Shown one piece after another: positions 29,405 through 37,287 of a DNA stretch of 54,866 nucleotides. Source of the stretch: a virus. Its lineage: Duplodnaviria; Caudoviricetes. Location: positions 1 through 54,866 of the IMG/VR virus record IMGVR_UViG_3300013093_000004; one strand, given 5' to 3'. The stretch's first letter is position 1. Each line of letters begins with the position of its first letter. The position numbers were made by a program, and so were the translations under genes. Below the pieces are notes generated by a model. The model saw only the letters and a program-made list of their open reading frames with translations, ran no database searches and was not told the DNA's origin.

Positions 29405-30054
29405 GCGACGGCGTAACGATAAACCCCGCCACAACCACCGGCGGCCCAACTATCTACACCGAGACTGACGCCGCGACCGGCTTTCAAATGCAGGGCGTCA
29501 AGGTGCTGACCGGTGCCAAGGATGTCAACGGCGGCCCGGTCAGCGCGACAAACCCCTTCCCCGTTCAGCTGCAATCTGGCGCCAGCATCGTCGGATCGGT
29601 TCTGGGCCGCACCAGCAAGGTCGCGGTCACCCCGACCGTGACGGCGACCGCCGCGTATACCGCCGGCAACGAGGTCGGCGGCCTGATGACTTTCGCCAGC
29701 ATTTTCGACGCGCAACAGTCGGGCATCCTGCAATCTGTCCGCATCCGATGCAAATCGGTCCAGACGGCTGGATTCAAGCTTTACCTGTTCACGGCCAACC
29801 CCACCAATTCGACCTGGACCGACAAATCCACGCCGGCGATCAATGCGGCCGACATCCCGGCGGTGGTCGGCCCGTTCAATCTGGTCACCGCCGACAGCGG
29901 TCTGGGCACCGAAACCACCTATGAGCTCGACGGGATCGGGGCGGCCATCCTGAGCTCGACCACCTCGCTTTATGGGGTGCTGGTGACGATCGGCACGCCG
30001 ACTTTTGCCAGTACCAGCGATGTGACGGTCGAATTGACCGTGCTGAAGGATTGA
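29401..30054 (+). CDS. Beta-rich virion protein, possible adaptor
   Basis: Thr-rich; AAYTAGNEVGGL; precedes RBP2. Confidence 0.5.
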   Translation: MSDGVTINPATTTGGPTIYTETDAATGFQMQGVKVLTGAKDVNGGPVSATNPFPVQLQSGASIVGSVLGRTSKVAVTPTVTATAAYTAGNEVGGLMTFASIFDAQQSGILQSVRIRCKSVQTAGFKLYLFTANPTNSTWTDKSTPAINAADIPAVVGPFNLVTADSGLGTETTYELDGIGAAILSSTTSLYGVLVTIGTPTFASTSDVTVELTVLKD

Positions 30055-30058
30055 CCGC

Positions 30059-32215
30059 GTGCCGGTGCTGAACGGTCGCCGGGCGCTGCTCTCTGGCGGA
30101 AAGGTCTCGGGCTTCACGGTCAGTTCGCTCGGCTGGGACGTCAACCTGGCCAGCGCGCCGGGTGTGCTGCTGCCCATGCAAACCGTGCAATTCCTGCGCG
30201 CGGGCTACACCACGTCTGCAACGCCGACCTATTATCCCGAAAACATCGTGATCACGTCACGTGTTCGGCTGCCCTGGCCGAATATCTCGGTGCTGAACGG
30301 CGGCAGGTGCGCTCTGTCGGATTTCATCTATTCGACTGACCTGCCGATCGGCGGCGCGAACAACAGCGCGCTGACCTCTCCGCAGCCGATCGCGCAATGG
30401 GTGACGGTTGACCGCCAAGTGGTCGGCAACTCGTTGACCGTGGATCTGGTCGCATTTCACCGCAATGGCCGCAACGGCAGCCCGGTGGCATGCGTCACCG
30501 GCACCGCGACCGATGGCACCAACACCGCGACCGCATCGACCTCGACGCCGATCGTCCTGGGTGACGCGAACGATCTAAACGCGGTGATCGGCTATCGGCT
30601 GACCTTCAACCTGTCGTCGCTGAACAACAATGCGCTGATCACCGTCAACGCCAAGGTCTACCCTTGGATCGGCGGCTCCGGATCGATTCTGGACAGCTCC
30701 ACGACCGGCGTGGCGGTGGACGGGCGCGGCTTTGGCCCGCGCGTCTATTACCGCAGCACCTCGCTGGCGAGCTCCCCGCCCTACGCCTATGTGAACGCAA
30801 CGACGGGCAATGACAGCACCGGCGTTGTCTCGACCACAGCGACCACGGCATCGGCCAGCCCGTTCCTGACGCTGCAAGCGGCGATCAACAAGCTGCGCAC
30901 CACCTATACCTACACGACCGGGTGCATCATCCGCATTCAGGCGTCGGGGGGCACCTTGGCGCTTGGATCGACCAGCGTCACCAGCGTGCAGAATCAAAAT
31001 GGCGGCGAGCTGATCATTCAGAGCGACCCCGCCGGCTCGACGGCCACGATCAGCTACGGGACGGCGTTCAACACCTATAACCCCTATGTCCGCTGGCAGA
31101 ATCTGAACATCACGCGGACCGCGAACGTCTTTTTTCCTTATGGCGCCTATTCGAGCACCAACGCGAAATGGACCTTCCAGAACGTCACCTATAACGGCGG
31201 CGGCTATTCGGCGGTGCTGACCGGCGCCAACATGGCGCTGAACCTGATCGGGGTCAGCTTCACCAATGCCTCGGCCAACATCCTGAACACCGCCTCGGCG
31301 ACCCTCGGCCTGCTGATGGTGCGCGGGTGCAGCACCTCAATCACGATGCCGACGGTCGAAGCGTTCAACATGGTCGGCTGCACCTTCACCAACGGGATGA
31401 TCCGATCGTCTGGCTCGACGCGCAGCCCGGCGGGCACGGTGATCGCCTTCAACAAGTTCATGAACCTGTCCGGCACGAGCGTCGCGTTCGGATTCGGCAC
31501 ATCGAACGAGGTGACCGCGCTGGGCGGGACCAACCCGATGACGATCACCGGCATCGCAATCGTGCAGAACATCTTCGAGAAGGCCGACACATCGAATGCG
31601 GCTTCCTTCCGCCCGTCCGGCGATAGCGACCAGTTCACGCTGGTCCATCTGGTCGTCTGGAACAATACCTTCACCGGCATCTTCGGCGGCGGCGGCCTGG
31701 GGCGCATGAATTGCCTCTATGACGATCAGGCAAACACCACCGTCCGCTATCACACGCTGCATTCGTTCCGGGGCAACATCCACTCGCAGATCAACACCAA
31801 ATCAGACGTCTTCGTATCGGCGAACGGCAACGGCACACCAGACCCGACCGACGGGCCATCGCATGTCGGCAACTGGCCCTATAAATTCGGCGTCGGCTGC
31901 TATGGCGAGTTTTCGCAATGGGTTGGCGATGACGGCTATCCGTGGGCGCTCGGGTCATCGTTTTCGCAGGACTATCCCGGCCTGCTGAACAACCTCGGCC
32001 AGAGCGAGACGGTGCGCAACGATCCGCTGTTCACCGCCTATGCCGGAACCACCAGCACCGGCACCACGCCGGTCGCCGGCACGGGCAACGGCACCTATAC
32101 CTTGAACAGCGGCAGTCCATGTATCGGGGTTATCCCATCGTCGGCCTTTGAAGCGCTGCCCTATGACTTGGCCGGCACAGCGCGCACGCGCGGCGCGATC
32201 GGGGCCTATGCCTGA
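30059..32215 (+). CDS. Receptor-binding/tail spike protein 2 (paralogue of 25773-28493)
   Basis: Colinear shared motifs PWIG, GVVSTT, GNW..FGVGC.G, GAY. Confidence 0.72.
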   Translation: MPVLNGRRALLSGGKVSGFTVSSLGWDVNLASAPGVLLPMQTVQFLRAGYTTSATPTYYPENIVITSRVRLPWPNISVLNGGRCALSDFIYSTDLPIGGANNSALTSPQPIAQWVTVDRQVVGNSLTVDLVAFHRNGRNGSPVACVTGTATDGTNTATASTSTPIVLGDANDLNAVIGYRLTFNLSSLNNNALITVNAKVYPWIGGSGSILDSSTTGVAVDGRGFGPRVYYRSTSLASSPPYAYVNATTGNDSTGVVSTTATTASASPFLTLQAAINKLRTTYTYTTGCIIRIQASGGTLALGSTSVTSVQNQNGGELIIQSDPAGSTATISYGTAFNTYNPYVRWQNLNITRTANVFFPYGAYSSTNAKWTFQNVTYNGGGYSAVLTGANMALNLIGVSFTNASANILNTASATLGLLMVRGCSTSITMPTVEAFNMVGCTFTNGMIRSSGSTRSPAGTVIAFNKFMNLSGTSVAFGFGTSNEVTALGGTNPMTITGIAIVQNIFEKADTSNAASFRPSGDSDQFTLVHLVVWNNTFTGIFGGGGLGRMNCLYDDQANTTVRYHTLHSFRGNIHSQINTKSDVFVSANGNGTPDPTDGPSHVGNWPYKFGVGCYGEFSQWVGDDGYPWALGSSFSQDYPGLLNNLGQSETVRNDPLFTAYAGTTSTGTTPVAGTGNGTYTLNSGSPCIGVIPSSAFEALPYDLAGTARTRGAIGAYA

Positions 32216-32312
32216 TACTACCTGACTGCCGCTGATCAGTCGGCTGCCGGGAAATTCGTCACAGCACAGTCCCGCTGGTGACTTTTTTGGCCCAACAAAC
32301 GGAAAATTCGAT

Positions 32313-32642
32313 ATGTCTGACACGCCTTCCCCGGCGCGGAATTTTCTGCGTCAGGCGCTGACCGGCGCCGATAACCGCACCATCGCGATCGGCCGCCTGA
32401 TCGGATTCATGATCGCGCTGGTCCTGCTGTTCGTGCTGCCGCTGTGGGCGGCTTGCGCGATCGATTGGGCAAAGGATGAGACCGCGCGCAAATCGCAAAC
32501 GGACGGCTGGCACCTGCTGTTCGAAATGCTGGCGATCTACGTGCCGGCGGTCACCGGCTCGGTCACCGCGGTCATTCGCTGGACCAATTCAACCGAACCG
32601 CTGCCCACGATGTCGGATGCAGGAGACAAACCCAATGGCTGA
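32313..32642 (+). CDS. Two-TM holin-like protein
   Basis: LTGADNRTIAIGR followed by two hydrophobic segments. Confidence 0.6.
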   Translation: MSDTPSPARNFLRQALTGADNRTIAIGRLIGFMIALVLLFVLPLWAACAIDWAKDETARKSQTDGWHLLFEMLAIYVPAVTGSVTAVIRWTNSTEPLPTMSDAGDKPNG

Positions 32643-33264
32643 TCCCACCATCGATCTCGGTTCGCCGACGATCATCACCTCGCTGTGGTCGTTCAAGCTG
32701 GAAAAGGACGCGCCGGCCGGCGCCAGTCCCGATCACCTGGTCATGCATGCCGGCCGCGACAATATCCACGCCAGCTTGAAAGCCGCGCTGTCGGCCACCC
32801 GGTCCAGCCTGGTGATGAACATGTACGGGATGGACGATCCCGAACTGTGGGCGATCGTGTGGGGCCTGATCGAGCATCCCGGAATTCTGGTGCAGATCAC
32901 GCTCGATAAAAGCCAGGCTGGCGGCCCGACCGAAAAGCGCATCCTGGACTCTTCGCGCGGCCGAAATCTCGCCGCGTTCAACAGCCACATCGCCATCGGC
33001 CAAAGCGCCACGCATCAGATCAGTCACACCAAAGGCGGTGTGATCGACGGGGTGCTGGCGTGGCACGGCAGCGTCAATTGGTCGGCCAGCGGCGAAGGCA
33101 CGTTCGTATCGGCCACCGGGCCCGGCGGCGTGGGCTACAAAGCGCAGAACAACACGCTCGCCTGGTTCACCGACGGGCCGAACCTCAACGGCTTTCGCGA
33201 CGAGCTGCAGCGCGAACACGCCGCCGCCATGGCTCAGGCCGCAAAGGCCGCATCTGCTGCATGA
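32635..33264 (+). CDS. Phospholipase D superfamily protein (single HKD)
   Basis: HTKGGVID (HxKx4D) followed by GSVNWS; AGGAG RBS. Confidence 0.85.
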   Translation: MADPTIDLGSPTIITSLWSFKLEKDAPAGASPDHLVMHAGRDNIHASLKAALSATRSSLVMNMYGMDDPELWAIVWGLIEHPGILVQITLDKSQAGGPTEKRILDSSRGRNLAAFNSHIAIGQSATHQISHTKGGVIDGVLAWHGSVNWSASGEGTFVSATGPGGVGYKAQNNTLAWFTDGPNLNGFRDELQREHAAAMAQAAKAASAA

Positions 33265-33425
33265 CCGGCGTTCTGATTCTGGCCACCGGCATTCTGATCG
33301 GCTTGTGCATATCAGCCACCGATTCAAGCCCGCGATATCGCGGCGGCTGGCAACCCAAAGCGCCGCCGCCCGGCGCGCCGACCCGGCCGCCGCCGATCAG
33401 CGGCGGCAATGGGCGTCGGCTTTAA
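33261..33425 (+). CDS. Small TM protein with Pro-rich tail
   Basis: MTGVLILATGILIGLC...; ATGA overlap with PLD. Confidence 0.45.
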   Translation: MTGVLILATGILIGLCISATDSSPRYRGGWQPKAPPPGAPTRPPPISGGNGRRL

Positions 33426-33483
33426 TCCAACCGCATAGATCACCCGAAACCCAAGTTGCTTTGAATAATCGAAAGGCGCCAGA

Positions 33484-33744
33484 ATGAGCACGACAAACAC
33501 AATCTCCTGCAATTTGGGGGCATGGACCCAGGTATCGTCTGGATCGGCCTCGGTTTCGGTGCAGGGGCCACCATTTTCCTACCGGGTCGCTGTCGCTGCC
33601 AGCGCGCCATCGTCCACATCGAACGGCATTGTGGTGTCCGAACCGGACGGCATCGCCAATTTTACCGGCTTGGCCTCCACCGACTGCGTCTGGGTCGTTC
33701 CGATCGGCCAAAGCGTAATGTCCGTTTCGGTCATCGCGTCTTAA
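33484..33744 (+). CDS. Small Ser-rich virion-like protein
   Basis: Beta-rich ORF upstream of Gly-rich gene. Confidence 0.55.
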   Translation: MSTTNTISCNLGAWTQVSSGSASVSVQGPPFSYRVAVAASAPSSTSNGIVVSEPDGIANFTGLASTDCVWVVPIGQSVMSVSVIAS

Positions 33745-33762
33745 CACAAGGGGGCTTTGGAC

Positions 33763-34701
33763 ATGCTCAATTTCGGTTCCAGCTTTCGACCGACCAACGT
33801 CATCACCTTCACTTCATCGGGCACTTACACGCCGACGCCGGGGATGCAGAAGGTCGACATCTACGTGTTCGGCGGCGGCGGCGGTGGTGGCGGCGGCGCT
33901 CTGGTCGCGACCTCGACGGCCGCATCTGGCGCGGGCGGCGGCGGCGGAGCGGGCTGGCAACAGGGTAGTTTCCCCGCTTCTGCAATCGGCGCCTCCCAAA
34001 CGGTGCTGGTCGCCGCTGGGGGCACTTCGGGGGCCGCAGCTACAGCTTCGTCGACTGCTGGGGGAACCGGGGGCAACGGCGGCGCGTCGTCCGTCGGCAC
34101 GTTGATCTACGGAGGCGGCGGCGGCGGCGGCGCAGGCGGTCAGATCGGTACGGCGTCGGGCGGCGGCGGCGGCGGAGCGGGCGCGAACATGATCTACAAC
34201 GGCTCAGCCGGCACTGGGGCTGCTGGCGGCTCAGCAGCAAACTTCGCCGCTGCCGGCGGTTATGGTGCGATAGGCGCGGCAGCCACAGTGCCTGGCGCAG
34301 GCCCGGGCGGTGCTGGCGGAGGAGCAACGGGCGCGGCCTTTCAAGGCGGAAACGGATTGTTGGGCTGCACCGGAGGGGGGTCTGGTGGGGGTTTTACAGC
34401 CTCCAATGGCACCAACAACGGTGGCAGCGGTGGGATCAACAATATCCAAACCCAAGCCATCGGCGGCGCCGGAGCGGGCGCAAACGGAACTTCGGCTTCG
34501 TCGACGAACAGAGGGTTTCAGCAACAATGCGGGACCGGCGGGGCGGGCGGCGCTTCGGGAATTTCCACCGGATATAACGGCGGCAACGGCGGGAACTATG
34601 GCGCGGGCGGCGGCGGCGGCGGTTCCTCGCAGAACGGCGGCACGGCCGGCGCTGGCGGCGCGGGCGCGCCCGGCATCGTCGTCATCGTCGAATACTTCTG
34701 A
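33763..34701 (+). CDS. Glycine-rich fibre-like protein
   Basis: TFTSSGTYTP..GGGGGGG...GAPGIVVIVEYF. Confidence 0.8.
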   Translation: MLNFGSSFRPTNVITFTSSGTYTPTPGMQKVDIYVFGGGGGGGGGALVATSTAASGAGGGGGAGWQQGSFPASAIGASQTVLVAAGGTSGAAATASSTAGGTGGNGGASSVGTLIYGGGGGGGAGGQIGTASGGGGGGAGANMIYNGSAGTGAAGGSAANFAAAGGYGAIGAAATVPGAGPGGAGGGATGAAFQGGNGLLGCTGGGSGGGFTASNGTNNGGSGGINNIQTQAIGGAGAGANGTSASSTNRGFQQQCGTGGAGGASGISTGYNGGNGGNYGAGGGGGGSSQNGGTAGAGGAGAPGIVVIVEYF

Positions 34702-34712
34702 GGAGACCCCGA

Positions 34713-34886
34713 ATGAACCCTGTCCGCTGCATCCAGGTGCTCGATGGCATGATCATCAACACCGTCATCGCCGATCCGACTGCCTTTCAGCCCAATGACG
34801 GCTCCGAATTGATCGCATCGCCCACCGGCGAAATCGGCGACAGTTATGCGAATGGCGTCGTCGTGCCGGCTGCTCAATCATCCTGA
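34713..34886 (+). CDS. Small partner of Gly-rich fibre (57 aa; not in ORF track)
   Basis: AGGAG RBS; MNPVRCIQVLDGMIINTVIAD...IGDSYANG. Confidence 0.65.
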   Translation: MNPVRCIQVLDGMIINTVIADPTAFQPNDGSELIASPTGEIGDSYANGVVVPAAQSS

Positions 34887-34950
34887 CCGCAACACCTCCT
34901 GCCACCAACCAAGCCCGGGAATCCTCCCGGCAACATCGAAAGGAAAGACC

Positions 34951-35118
34951 ATGTCCATCAAATCCACCATCGACACCGCCGAAACCGACGCGAAGGCAGA
35001 CGTCGCCAAGGTCGAAGGGACCGCGACCACCTGGGCCGATTTCATCAAGGCGCACGCGATCGCCGCCGCCTCGATCTCGTCGTTCCTGCTCGGGTTCGCC
35101 GCGCGCGGCCTGATCTGA
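34951..35118 (+). CDS. Small protein with C-terminal TM
   Basis: AAGGA RBS; MSIKSTIDTAE...FLLGFAARGLI. Confidence 0.6.
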   Translation: MSIKSTIDTAETDAKADVAKVEGTATTWADFIKAHAIAAASISSFLLGFAARGLI

Positions 35119-35170
35119 CACCCCGCGCGCGCTGGCTCCGGCTGGCGCGCGTAAACCACGGAGGCAGCCG

Positions 35171-35635
35171 ATGCTCACCGCGATAATCTCCGCAATCAAG
35201 CTGTGGTCGATCTGGGGCCGCCTGAGCGCGTTTTTCGACGCGGTGGCCGGATGGGTGTCGCGCAACCCGCTTGCGGCTTTGGCTGCGGCGCTGGGGCTTG
35301 CTGTGGCCGCCCTGCTCTGGCTGCACCACCACGACCTTGCCGACATCGCCAAGGCGCGCGCCGATCAGGCCCAGGCCGAAGCTGCCCTCAAAACCGAGCA
35401 GGCCAGCAACGCGCGCCTGCAAGCCGCGATCACCGCGCAGAACACCGCCGTGGCGTCGCTGGGAGCCGCCAGCGCGCAAGCGCAGGCGAAGGGCGCTAAG
35501 GCCGACGCAGATGCCCTGACGCGCTCGGCGAAGCGCGCGGGCGAGGCGCAGACGATCGTGGTGCCGCCGGCGGTCACCGGCAAGCCCGGCTGCCCGACGC
35601 CCGCCGACGTCATGGCCGTGCAGGGGGATTTGTGA
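35171..35635 (+). CDS. i-spanin (Rz-like)
   Basis: N-terminal TM plus Ala/Gln coiled coil, C-terminal Cys. Confidence 0.75.
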   Translation: MLTAIISAIKLWSIWGRLSAFFDAVAGWVSRNPLAALAAALGLAVAALLWLHHHDLADIAKARADQAQAEAALKTEQASNARLQAAITAQNTAVASLGAASAQAQAKGAKADADALTRSAKRAGEAQTIVVPPAVTGKPGCPTPADVMAVQGDL

Positions 35636-35943
35636 TGCGAACCTGTAAGCTATCGTTTCAAGTTGCCGGCGCCCTTGCGTTGGCCGCGTGCGCGCAGACT
35701 CCGCCGCCGGCGATCAACGACAAGGTGGTGACGGTCAAGGTGCCCGTCGCGGTGGCTTGCGTCGATCCGAGCAAGATCCCCGCGCCGGTGCCGCGCTCTC
35801 AACTGAGCGGCGACGCGCAGCATGATGTCAGCGTGCTGGCGCGCACCGACCTGGCGCTGCGCAGCGCTGTGGACCAGCTGATGGCGCTGGTGGGGCCGTG
35901 CACCGTCACGCCCGGCATTGCTAACGAAACGGCGCCGCATTGA
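35635..35943 (+). CDS. o-spanin lipoprotein (Rz1-like)
   Basis: Lipobox LALAAC; VKVPVAVAC; Pro-rich. Confidence 0.78.
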   Translation: MRTCKLSFQVAGALALAACAQTPPPAINDKVVTVKVPVAVACVDPSKIPAPVPRSQLSGDAQHDVSVLARTDLALRSAVDQLMALVGPCTVTPGIANETAPH

Positions 35944-35991
35944 TCGTCGCATCGAGCCGCTGCCCTTGCTGCGATCCTTTTGCCCGCCCGC

Positions 35992-36000
35992 TGCTATAAT
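35992..36000 (+). promoter_or_regulatory. Extended -10 promoter of toxin moron
   Basis: TGCTATAAT. Confidence 0.5.
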
Positions 36001-36126
36001 GACTGCCTTACAAACGGCTTGATTCCGGCAGCGATTTCCAACAATACCCGTTGTAAGCGTTGAACCCCTGAGGGAAATGACCATATTGGCACTGAAAGTA
36101 GGGGTTTTTACGATGTCAGCCGCGTT

Positions 36127-36402
36127 ATGGCGGGTGAGTCGTTAACCGGAAATTCAAGCCTTGAATGTCACTTTCGAGAGCATGTGTCGTTCGACCTTTT
36201 TATGAACATCAATCCCACAGAGAGCATGGCCATGTCCGCAGAAACGCACAACAGGCTGGGCCGCAATCACAAGGCAACGCCCCCCCACCCAGATTACAAT
36301 GACGAGATCACCGATGATCAGATCGCGGCGATTCGTCATCTCGCTGATCCGGACGGACAGAGGGCTGCAAAACGCGTGGTGCTATACCCGCAGGTCGTAT
36401 GA
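36127..36402 (+). CDS. Putative antitoxin (start uncertain)
   Basis: Small ORF whose TGA overlaps the toxin ATG. Confidence 0.5.
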   Translation: MAGESLTGNSSLECHFREHVSFDLFMNINPTESMAMSAETHNRLGRNHKATPPHPDYNDEITDDQIAAIRHLADPDGQRAAKRVVLYPQVV

Positions 36403-36842
36403 CCTTCTCATTCTTCCCGATATCAACCCTGCCGGCACCTTACGACATCGTTTGGTGCCGGTTTCCATATGACGATAGCCTCGGTACGCCCGGCCCAAAA
36501 CCACGGCCAGCTATCGTACTCAACGTAGCCGTCGATGCTGAAGCAGGTGAAGGCGAAGTCCAAGTCGTTTACGGAACAACCAAGACAAAAGCACTGCGTC
36601 GTCCGCGTGATTTTTTTGTGACGAACGTATCAGAGATGGATGCATGCGGGCTTGATAAGGCCACACGGTTCGATCTCGACAAAATGACTTGGATACCTTG
36701 GGCGAATGAATGGTTCGCCACTCTTCCCCGATATGGATCACCGGTAATTGGTAAATTGACGCAACATGGCCAGCGCCTGTTGCAAATCGAACTCAGCCAC
36801 CGGCAGGCAAAAAATTTGCGTGAAATCGAGGGTCGCGAATAA
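36399..36842 (+). CDS. PemK/MazF-like endoribonuclease toxin
   Basis: PAPYDIVWCRFP...PKPRPAIVL...YGTTK...GLDKATRFDL. Confidence 0.75.
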   Translation: MTFSFFPISTLPAPYDIVWCRFPYDDSLGTPGPKPRPAIVLNVAVDAEAGEGEVQVVYGTTKTKALRRPRDFFVTNVSEMDACGLDKATRFDLDKMTWIPWANEWFATLPRYGSPVIGKLTQHGQRLLQIELSHRQAKNLREIEGRE

Positions 36843-36852
36843 GATCGCTCCT

Positions 36853-37041
36853 TCAACTCCCGTGAGGTCTCGCCAGCTCCGGCAACACCTCAGTCTCGAT
36901 CAGCTTTCGCAAATCCAAAAACGCGCTGTAGGCATCGGGCTTCAAATGCGCACCGTGTTCGCATCTGGTGCCCTCGGGAAAGTCTCGCAACCGATGGTAA
37001 AGCGATTCGAGCCGGTCGTGCAGTTCGATCCGGTCCATCAC
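36853..37041 (-). CDS. Hypothetical protein
   Basis: GAGG RBS on minus strand; 62 aa. Confidence 0.5.
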   Translation of the reverse strand: MMDRIELHDRLESLYHRLRDFPEGTRCEHGAHLKPDAYSAFLDLRKLIETEVLPELARPHGS

Positions 37042-37085
37042 TGATCACCTCACTCTTGATCGACTTTTGATCGTTGCCCCTGCCC

Positions 37086-37106
37086 TTGCGTGTCTTTTGC
37101 GTGAAA
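37086..37106. promoter_or_regulatory. Putative integrase arm-type sites, left of core
   Basis: TTGCGTGT and TTTTGCGTGA, matching the pair at 37319-37339. Confidence 0.55.
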
Positions 37107-37197
37107 CTCGCGCAAAAAGCGGGTTTGTTCTTCTATTGTTCTCAATGCGGTAATGGCAAAAACCGCAGAAATCCGCCAAAAAATCATGCAAGCTGTG

Positions 37198-37244
37198 CGT
37201 TGACATCGTAGGGGTCGCAAGTTCAATCCTTGCTACGCCCACCA
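37198..37244 (+). mobile_element. attP core: 3' half of tRNA-Val(GAC)
   Basis: Anticodon loop TTGACAT, T-arm GCAAG-TTCAATC-CTTGC, acceptor strand ending CCA; no 5' half; next to integrase. Confidence 0.9.
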
Positions 37245-37255
37245 TCGTTTAAAAG

Positions 37256-37286
37256 GCCGCTGCCCCAAGGGGTTAGCGGCTTTTTT
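37256..37286 (+). terminator. Intrinsic terminator after tRNA fragment
   Basis: GCCGCT.CCCC-AA-GGGG..AGCGGC followed by T6. Confidence 0.8.
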
Positions 37287-37287
37287 C

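Noticed and set aside
25773-32215. Diversity-generating retroelement or invertible fibre switch
   Set aside because: No reverse transcriptase or invertase, no near-identical TR/VR pair, and both genes are on the same strand
33870-34670. GGC microsatellite-like tracts (also 25658-25700)
   Set aside because: Explained by poly-Gly coding in fibre proteins
36001-36398. Canonical type III toxin-antitoxin repeat array
   Set aside because: No tandem repeats are visible upstream of the toxin; a coupled small ORF fits type II better
37170-37244. Complete tRNA-Val gene
   Set aside because: The acceptor 5' strand and D-arm are absent; only the 3' half is present, as expected for attP
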